Below, in pieces: positions 54,440 to 64,000 of a stretch of DNA of 64,000 nt. Numbering within the stretch: position 1 is the first letter of the stretch; every line of letters begins with the position of its first letter. Origin of the DNA: Antedon mediterranea (lineage: Eukaryota > Animalia > Echinodermata); contig NC_092678.1 in NCBI RefSeq assembly GCF_964355755.1, positions 17,811,365 to 17,875,364 on the forward strand, given 5' to 3'. A program made the position numbers and the translations under genes. The notes under the pieces are model-generated. The model saw nothing but the letters and a program-made list of their open reading frames with translations. It ran no database searches and was not told where the DNA came from.

Positions 54440-55436
54440 GGCAGTCAAAGTGTTAAAACGTATGAATCTAAAATTCCATCGTCCGAAGAAAGACAAGTGT
54501 GGGCTCTGTGAAACATTTCACAGTGGATCATCTACAAAACGGCAAGAAATTCAAGAAGCTTTCAATAAACACAATGCCGAAAAAGAAAGAGTTCGTCAAA
54601 TTAAGGCCGAGATAAAGAAGAAGGCGATATCAGAGCCCAAGTTTGAAGCTGCCGTATTTGACTTGCAGCAGGTCATACTTGCCTCGCTCAAATAGATGCG
54701 AAATCTTCTATTAGACGACGACTGGCGTGTTACAACTTCACAATGTACCAGTTGTCAGACAGAGAAGGCCATTGCTTTTTATCTCATGAGGGGATAACAA
54801 AAAGAGAATCAAATGAAATTTCGACATACGTCAGTCAGTATTTACAAATGCTGGATTCTCAATATAAAGAATCGGTTGCTCTTTTTTGTGACGGCTGTCC
54901 TGGCCAAAACAAGAACACGATAATGGCGGCAATGCTTCTCGCATTTGTTCGAAAATAAAAAAATATTAAATCAATAACAATAATATATTTTGAAACAAAT
55001 CATGGCCATAGTGAAGGGGATGCTATGCACAGCTCAATTGAACGTGCACTGTCAAGAGTAGGGGAATTGCTTACACCGACACAACTATCCTTAGTTCTAG
55101 AGATGGCCCGAACAAACCCACGCCCATACAAGGTTAGAAATGACAGAGGATGGCCATCCGGTTGACTGGACAAAAGTCATGCAGTTACGGGTCACAAAGG
55201 AAAGGCCAGAGTTTATTGATGTGAAATTTTCTCATCTCGAGGCCACTTTTCATTCGTTAAAACTGGTCAGTAGCAGAACCCCACAAATAGATGTCACACA
55301 TCGAGCATACACAACGAAGGAACCAAAGCTGTCAGCCAAAAAATACAACGACTTGCTGAGCCTATGTTCAGGTACCACCCCCGTCATAAGAAATATTGAG
55401 GATCAATTTGTTTACAAAAATTTAAAGCACCGTTAA
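54440..55436 (+). mobile_element. Sola-type DDD transposase relic
   Basis: FHRPKKDKCGLC, FDLQQV, YNFTMY, SNEI, FCDGCPGQNKN, HGHSEGDAMHSSIE, LSAKKYNDLLSLC; broken by stops and frameshifts. Confidence 0.75.
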
Positions 55437-55629
55437 CTAAGCTGTCTGTGGAATAACGTGCTTACGTTCCAAAACCCTTAAAAAGGGTTATATAAAATAT
55501 TGCCTTTATAAATAATAAAAGTTTAAATTTTAAAAAAAAAAGTATTGTAACCCACGATTAACGCTAGAGAATATAAGCAACAAATAACCATGAGAAATAA
55601 AACAACTACAACACAGGAGTAAGTAAAGA

Positions 55630-56440
55630 ATTAACAAGGCCAACAGCCATTAAGTCGCGTGCTACAATACATAGTGATACCGGACCGACAGACAGACCGA
55701 CAGACAGACCGACAGACAGACAGACAGACAGACCGACCGACCGACATAGTGAACTATACTGACCGAAATTACTGAACATGTTTAAAAATGTTGAAATGTT
55801 TAAAAACATTTATATTTTTTTAATTTACACGTGCGTAGCCTGTCACTTTCGACGTGCTCGTATAACGTAATTTCGAGTTGAAAATTAAGTCAAGAAAACA
55901 GAAATCGGGCAAAAAGAGTGCGCAATAACATTTAACGCGCAGTGCGCGCGCAAAAATATGCGCACTCATGGCAATTTTGTAAACGCTTAAAATTGCCTGA
56001 AATGTACTCTTATTTCATCGAAAATAAATTTTGAAAATTTTAAGCGCGCGTACGCATGCGTTACATGCGCTACGCACGTAATTGTATTGCAATATGATGA
56101 TTTATGCCCTGAAATTTTATTTAATTGTGATTCATGGTTGTGAAGATATGATTACAAACGTGATTTCGTTAAATCGTGCGTAGACCGCGTAATTTTTTAT
56201 TGCGCACCGTGAAAACATAACCACATTGATTCCTGGCCATAAGGAATATACTGTGAAAAATTGACCTAGCTAGATTAAACTGATATCAAGATAAGGTCAG
56301 AAAGCGATAAAACGCATAGTGATACCGGACCGACAGACAGACAGACCGACAGACAGACAGACAGACAGACCGACAGACAGACAGACCGACCAACCGACCG
56401 ACCAAGTGAACTATAGAGTCGCTTCCACGCGACTAAAAAA
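55630..56440 (+). mobile_element. Helentron/DINE-1-like non-autonomous element
   Basis: AACAAGGCCAACAGCCAT..GTCGCGTGCT start, two (GACA/GACC)n tracts, 3' hairpin AGTCGCTTCCACGCGACT followed by an A-run. Confidence 0.6.
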
Positions 56441-56864
56441 TAAATAAATAAATAAAATTTAAAAAAATAAATTTAGAATAAATGGTATGTATTTATTAAA
56501 ATTAATTCAATTAAAATTTTAGAATAACTGTTATGTATTTATAAATAATTAAGTGTCATAGGCATAAATAATAATCCTCATGAAATAGAGAAAAATGTGT
56601 TTCCGTTTAATTAATTACTGACCACTACGAGAGACAGATTACATTAATGTATATTTTCTTTGTAAGTTTTTAATAATATTGTTAAGTGTTTAATGTATGC
56701 CCTTAGAGCTACATTAGTAAACACACTATAAAATGATTTCTATTTATTGTTCTAGGTTAAGGTTGAATTGTTCAATTTGGTTAATACGTTTATAAAGTTA
56801 AAATGTTCACTAATATCCTATAATTTAGCATCACAATATAAATTTATATATAGTAGACCTAATT

Positions 56865-59609
56865 TTTTATTTTTTTTTTTCATTTTTTTTTTATTCATTT
56901 CAAAAAAATACAACCATATCACAAATCACTTAAATATAAAGTAATAGGTATCAAAATGATATGAACGTTTAAATAAAGTAACTTACAGTGATCAAACAAT
57001 ATTAAAAACTATCAATTATTAATTCCATTTTTTTTAAAGTAAATAATTAATTTGGTAAATGCTGTGTTTTCCACAATTATGTAACTAATCTAACTAAATA
57101 TAATTGTATTAATCAAATTAGCCAGAGATATACATTTACTAACATATTCATTTTTTTTTGTCTTTACATAGCAATAATAAATAATACTCATATTTATACA
57201 TACACATACATACACACAAATATATCTTAATCTGTACTATTACCAAGGAACTATAATATAATTGTGTTAATTAAAATCAGATACATACATTTAACAACAT
57301 AACCATTTTTGTTTCTTTAAAATAATACATATATATTAATAAAATACATATTTTTAATTATCTGTATTGTAACCAAGGAACTAATAGTATGCCTATAATA
57401 AATACTTAAATATATCTAACAAGTGCAAATAATAATTTCTGGTTTACATTTTAATTTAATACAATAATAAAGAGCAAGCGTAATAATAATAATAATACAC
57501 AAAAGTAAGTCATTTCCTCGAGAAACAGTATCGTTAAGTTATCAAATATAATCTTCTATTAATCTCCACTTTTGTCTGAAATTATACAATGTACTTCTTT
57601 TAGAAGCAATGTTTTTCTCTACGTTATAATTAAATTTTAATCGATTAAAGAAAACCTGGAAGACTGGCTTTTTGTGAGTTAATTTGTAACTAAATATAAT
57701 TTTCTTAATCAACAAAATACATAGATTTAATAATATCAGGATTTTCTGTATTGTAACCAAATAATATGGAGGTTTTATCAAGGTAAATCTTTGTTTTTGA
57801 AATGTTTTCCCACCAAGTTGTGAATTCATCCCATAGTTTGGTTGCAATGTTACATTCAACCAAAAGATGGGTCATAGTTTCAATATTTGATTCACAATAG
57901 GAACACATATTACTCGGTACAATATTCATTTTATGTAGTCTACTATTAGTTGACAAGCAATTCACATTAATTGTATACTGAAATATTCTGGTTCTTACCT
58001 CCTGAGAACATTTAAATGGTAATACATAGATATTTTCCCATTTATCGCTATCTACACCTAATTCATCCTGCAATTTACTTTGAGATGTTGGTATTTTAAA
58101 GATTTTTTTAATTAAGGCTCTGTATATATTTTTTGTACTCATACTTTCTAATTCTTTCTCTTCATTCTTTACTTCCACTATAAACCCTCTCTTTTTATAA
58201 TTTGTTCGTAAAAACCCTAGCTTCATGTTTGCTTTCCACTGTGGGGGTATTGCAGATATCGTCATTCTCCAGTGCATGAAATTACTTGTCGATAAGCCTC
58301 TCTTTATCCACGTATTAAAGGGAATGATATTACCGTTTTCATAAAAAAGGTCGCTTACTAAACATATCCCAACATCTCTGAGGCTCTTGTAATAAAATGG
58401 CTTGCCATGTATATGCATGTGCCTATTAAACCATATATATTGGGACCCTTCGTTTACTGTATCAGGATGTATTAATTCGAAATAAGCGTTTAACATATCC
58501 TTATAAAACAATGGAATATTTTTCCAACTACGGACACAGTCCGCGCTTACATTACAATAAAAAATAGTGTCGCCTCCTTGCTTATTTAGGAACCTATGTA
58601 GTAGAGATCTCCATGCTGCATTGACATTTATGTTATATCATTGTATCCATTTTATCTTTAATGCCTTAAACATACTTTTGATATCTACCATTTTTAAGCC
58701 GCCTTCTTCAATATTCCCAATTAATGTTGTTCTTTTTATCATACCTTTACCACCGTTCCATAAGAAATTAAATAGAATTGTTTCAATTGATTTAACTACA
58801 TGGGGCGGTATATGTATGACAGATGCTAAATATATAAATTGGGATATTGCGAATGTTTTAATTAAAATTATTTTTCCTGCTAAGGTTAGTTGTCTGGTTC
58901 TCCATATGTTTAATATTGTTTTTAGTTGTTTAATTTTCGTTTCGAAATTACATTACATTTTTCCCGTTGTCTTTCATTATAAGAAAAGTAAACTCCTAAT
59001 GCTTTTACTGGTTGTTGTGGCCATTGCATATGTATTGGTTTGTTTTTACATCGCCTATTTGAACCAAGCCATATAGTCTGCGATTTGCTTATATTCAATT
59101 TCAAGCCCGATATTTTTGAAAATTTCTCTATTAAGTTAATTATATTTTTTGCTGACACTTCATCTTTCAAAAAGCATGTGGAGTCGTCTGCATATTGAGT
59201 TATTTTAATTTCTCTATTATTTACTGCAATCCTCTTAATAGTTTTATCGTCTCGTATGGCACATGCTAGTAATTCTATTGATAGGATAAATAAGTAAGGG
59301 CTGAGGGGGTCACCCTGTCGTACACCCCTTCCAACTGGAAAATAACTTGATGACTGCCCATTATTTATCACGCAACTACTTATATCAGTATATAATGCTT
59401 TTATGAATTGAATACATTTTTCTCCGAGGTTTACTTTTTTTAAAACCTGAAACAAAAAACCCCATTCAAGCGAATCGAATGCTTTTTCATAGTCCAAAAA
59501 AAGCATATTTCCTGGAATATTTTTTATTTTGGTAAACTCCATAATATCTTCAATTGTTCGTACTGACTCGCCAATGTATCGGCCCTTTACAAAACCGGTT
59601 TGATCAATG
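56865..59609 (-). mobile_element. 5'-truncated L1/Tx1-clade LINE with poly(A) tail and 14-bp TSD
   Basis: LDYEKAFDS, GVRQGDPLSPYLF, QYADDST, C-terminal CSYC..ETMTHLLVEC; poly-T from 56865; TAGTAGACCTAATT duplicated at 56851-56864 and 59610-59623; frameshifted. Confidence 0.93.
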
Positions 59610-60139
59610 TAGTAGACCTAATTGATGATTAAAATTCTGTACTTATAAAAATTAATAATGTGATTATAGGCTTGTAATGTGTAAACAAACGAACTGGCGA
59701 ATATACAATATCGCACTTTCGAGAAAAACGCGATTGAAAAAATAGCAATTTTTAAACATTAGTATAGCAAAAACAAAAGACTTAATATCGGATTTTTTTT
59801 GCTCATCATTCGAAGAATAAGTGTATGTTTGCAAAAAATGTTTATTGATAATAATTACTAATTAGCGAGTAATTGAATAATTAACTTATTGGTCAGTTCG
59901 TGTGAAGATTTTTGTCATCAACGTATGGTTTCGCCAGTTCGTGTGAACATAATTACGCGCGCTTTCCTCTAATTGCGCATATTTGCCGCGGTGAATATAG
60001 CGATTTATATACTGTGATTTGAAGTTTTACTATTGATATATTTAATAGTATGATGTGTACATACTGCAATGAATACAAAATTGTGAGGAATAAGTTATTT
60101 ATTTCCTTAAAGTTCAAAAGTAATTAAAACACAGTTTAA

Positions 60140-60700
60140 CTCTACTGTATGAATGATGATAATAATATTAAGAAACAGTATCGAGCTATGTGTATCAAAG
60201 CTAATGCATTATGCAGGACATTCTCCAAATGTTCCGTTGAAGTGAAATGTCAGTTATTTAAAACGTTTTGCGTTAATGTAGACCAACACAGTATGACTCT
60301 ATGATGGAGTAAATTCAGTGAAGGTAGGCCTACTGTGAACTCATTCAGAGTTTGCTTTAATAACGGGTTGCGTAAGCTACTGAAATTTCCTAGTTATGAT
60401 AGCGCAAGCATGATATTTGTAACGAATAACGTTCCCTCATTCTATGAATATTGGAGGAACTCTATACATAGTTTTAAGAACATAATTCATGACAGTTGCA
60501 ATAGCCTGATTCAAACCATAGTTAACGTCCTAACACAATCCAACCTACTGTACAGTACATCAGCGTTGGTACAAATTGGTATTTTTTAGGATATTGTAAG
60601 TTGATTTGTGGAAGTTGCTTATTTAATTTCCTAGTTAAATTGTTTCTATTTTTGTATGAATTGTATATGGATGTACTATCCGAAAATAAATGGGTGAATA
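60140..60700 (+). mobile_element. Decayed non-LTR retrotransposon C-terminal fragment
   Basis: DDNNIKKQYRAM..KANALCRTFSKCSVEVKCQLFKTFC and FNNGLRKLL..YDSASMIFV; clade uncertain. Confidence 0.6.
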
Positions 60701-60868
60701 GTGTACCGTCATTTTACAAGTTATATTATTGGCTAATGCAACGTAATGGTATTTAGAAACAGTTAAACCTACCCTTAAATGCATAATTTCACAATTAACC
60801 AGATTTACTTACAATTGTAAAGCTTTTAAATTGTTACAAGTAAGGAAAAAATGAGAATAAACAGTTAC

Positions 60869-60940
60869 AGTGTAACCAATGACGTCAAACCACCAAATGT
60901 ATTTTCATACAATGTAGTAATGTCGTTACTTCTTAAATCT
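60869..60940 (-). CDS. Right LRR gene, LRR exon DLRSNDITTLYENTFGGLTSLVT
   Basis: 72 nt, ttcaag| acceptor, weaker |gtaact donor, phase 2-2; a close copy of exon 485-556 including flanks. Confidence 0.8.
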
Positions 60941-61179
60941 CTTGAAAATAAAAACATGAATACTTGGTAAAATAACAGTTCACGAGTTGAGATTTTCTTC
61001 TTCGAGGAAAATTGTTACAGTTTGGTATGTATGTCAGCGGACAAAATTGTGACCGTAAAATAATTTATCTGCATTGTACTGTTAGTGTGTATTACGTGTC
61101 AGTGAAAATTAAAGAGGGTCGATAATGGTGCAAACATTAAAATATTAAAATTAAAATACAAAGTTTATCAATTGAGTAC

Positions 61180-61480
61180 GTAGAACTAAAGATCCGAAGC
61201 CTAGTTGGTTGGAACTTGTTCAGCCAGAGATGGTTCCTGATCAAGTTAAAACTATCAAACACGTCACAGGAAGCGTGGACAAATGTAGAAAACGCGTCAA
61301 ACGTCGAAGGAAAAAATTCAAACCTCCATCCATCTGTTATTTTTGGTAATGCGCACTCACTCAAAACAAGTGAAATGGCTGCAAATGTATTCGAATACAG
61401 GGACAGTTGCCTTATGGCGATCACTGAAACTTGGCTAATTGAATCTTTTCGGATCATGGATCAAAAAATTGTTCTTGTTA
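61180..61480 (+). mobile_element. Second copy of the AP-endonuclease fragment at 780-1090
   Basis: PSVIFGNAHSLK...FEYRDSCLMAITETWL. Confidence 0.65.
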
Positions 61481-63245
61481 TCTGGAAATATTAACATTAA
61501 ACAGTACCAACGGAAATTACGATAATAAAGTATCTATTTTATTAATTTCGAAATACAAAGAAAAAATATGAACAAAATATCTATATTGTGCCAACAGAGG
61601 CCAACAAGACTTATGTCCAATTAGGCGTGTCACTCAAACAGTGAAACAATTACAAGGTATAATTGATATAATACTAATTTAATGTTACTTTATCTCATAT
61701 TATCATTATTTGCATGTTTTAGCTGTTTTTCATTAACTGTCTTTGCATGATTATAACAATGTTTTATCTAGATTGACTGTAATCATGTTGTACTTTCCAT
61801 ATCATATGATTTCTGGATGTAGATCAATATCTACAATATAATACAAACGTTAAATGACGATGATCCATGTATTCTGCTATATTTTTACTTTTCATTATGG
61901 CAGCCGACGGTGCTACAGTAACTGAATTAAATAGTCTTGTTCGTAAACAATGCCAAAATAGAAAAACTCGAAGAGAGCAAAAAGAAAGATATTACGCTTG
62001 AACGTATCACACATTAAACATACATATTCCGTAGAAGTATTAATTCCTAAAATAAAATAATTGTTTTTTGAGGCATAGAGTTAAACTTACGTTTTCATGA
62101 GAGGAGGATAAGATAATATTTGTTCCTCGTGCAAAATAAGCTTATTACAACACTATTGCAGATTATAACGTGAATCGGCGGCGATTGTACGGAGGCATGT
62201 CTATTTTTGTTTTCGTATCTAATTTTGGCTTTCAAAAATGGCAGCCCAAAGCAATCGCGACCCCTGGATCCGACCCGTCGGACTATTTTGATATACAATG
62301 ATGGAGGTTCAGACGTTCTGTGGTACATTTAAATTGTATTATTTGTATTTCCTCTTAACTTAATCTTAATTTCAAATAGAATAACATCAATAAAGTAATA
62401 TTGTTTACTTAGAAGTGTGCCAGTTATTCAGCACTGAAGAAAACAAAATCAGAAAACATTTAAACACATGCGACCACGTTTTTTTAAACAGTATTAAGGC
62501 TAAGTGTGTTAATTATTGAGATGTAAAGCACATAGGCTGATTTTAGCATGAGTAAGTGCAGATATGGAGGGAGGAGAAATATAAAGTGTAGACACAGATA
62601 TCACCTCACACGCAAGCTATTACTGACCCAGTGTGAAGGCCGAAATCAAGAGATTAGTTGTTTGACGGGATGGGATGTTCCTGCTCCCCAATTATTGTGA
62701 TCCCTTTATTTATAGAACTTGAAAAGCAGAAAAAAGAGGAGAATGTGTATGTTTGTTTGTTGCAAGATGCCTATAACGCTGGTTCAAATTTTAACTTAAG
62801 TTTATCTTACGAACGGATAACGCTAATATTGTACGTACCACCACATTAGGTAACCGATGCGCCCCCATTATGACACGTGCGAATAAAGAACAAGTGCTAT
62901 TCCACTGTACGGAGGGATAGCTACCCGATGCCTCTCATAATAATATTATTTTTCATTCAAAAACATTTACTAATAATGATAATAATAAATTACTATAAAA
63001 CAAACGAATACAAGTAGGCATATCACTACACACAATACAACTACATACAGGAGCTTGTGTTAAAAGAAAGGTTTAGGGATCAATCATAATCAAACAAAAA
63101 CGGGCATATTATATTATTTTTGTTTTGGATGAATATTCTGTCTTTGCAAAGAGTAAAAAATGAAATGATGTGACATAAAGTGTGGTAATCTTACAACGAA
63201 AATATACTATATTCAAAAGTATGATAAACAAGGGAAAGCACTCAC

Positions 63246-63317
63246 AGTTGTGTCAATGATGTCAAACCATCAAAGACGTTTTCTGGTAATGTAGTTATTT
63301 GGTTAGTGAACAAGTAC
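63246..63317 (-). CDS. Right LRR gene, LRR exon YLFTNQITTLPENVFDGLTSLTQ
   Basis: 72 nt, ttttcag| and |gtgagt, phase 2-2; the gene begins beyond the right edge. Confidence 0.92.
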
Positions 63318-63739
63318 CTGAAAATCGTGAAAAAATGCATTAAATAGGTATATATACAGTACCAAAGGATAGTACGATAACAAAAATTATTTTTAAAATT
63401 TCGAAAAACAAACAAAATATAACAACACATCTATATTGTGCCAACAGAGGCCATAAACGGCTTATGTCTAATTAGGCGTGTCACTCCAGCAGTGAAACCA
63501 TTACAGGGTATATACAAGGACATAATAATAGTTGTTTAATGTTACTTTAGCTCGTATTATCATTAGTTGCATGTTTTAGCTGTTTTTCTTTAACTGCTTT
63601 TACATGATTTAACTATGTTTTATCTGGATTTACAACAACCAAGACAGAGGCACCCCAAAGATAATGCTGGCCAGGAAAAGGTATACAAAACAATTCTAAG
63701 TCTAAACAACTTTAAGAAACCTCATTATTTCCATATGCC

Positions 63740-64000
63740 TTAATGAATAAATGGGTTTTTAATAATTTTTAAAAAGTATCAATAGTTTTTCAAAATCTTA
63801 TAGAGCTCGGTAGAGCATTCCACAGACGAGGAGCAGTAACGGAGAATGCTCTGTCACCCCATGAGTGGTGAGACTTAGGCTGATGTAGAAGCAGCGAGTC
63901 ACTAGAACGCAGATTACGTCCGGGAACATACAACCTAAGCATGTCAGAAATATATTCAGGAGCCATGCCATTTATAGACTTAAAAACAAAGAGTAATATT
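63740..64000 (-). mobile_element. L2-clade LINE 3' fragment
   Basis: ILLFVFKSINGMAPEYISDML...RNLRSSD...WGDRAFSVTAPRLWNALP. Confidence 0.85.

Overview
AT-rich, intron-rich eukaryotic DNA from an animal, most consistent with a marine invertebrate such as an echinoderm (inferred from gene and repeat content; species not determinable). Three host genes or gene parts are visible. (1) A minus-strand receptor-like gene running off the left edge: signal peptide, CUB, LRRNT, then 72-nt single-LRR exons. (2) The first four coding exons of NCKIPSD/SPIN90 on the plus strand, head-to-head with gene 1; no later exons were found. (3) A paralogous minus-strand LRR gene entering from the right edge: six intact single-LRR exons, one broken one and an LGR/GRL101-type cysteine hinge exon, followed by an inverted, decayed GRL101/RXFP-like 7TM fragment. 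The LRR exons sit in duplicated exon+intron modules whose differences concentrate on the predicted ligand-binding codons, which is the most interesting signal here. The rest is a dense transposon landscape: an AcademX element nested in a Harbinger element, an EnSpm/CACTA element carrying satellite arrays, Sola and Chapaev/Transib-like transposase relics, L1/Tx1, L2 and CR1 LINEs, a tRNA-SINE, Helentron-like elements, MITEs and a Penelope-type palindrome. All family assignments are from motif recognition by eye, not database searches.
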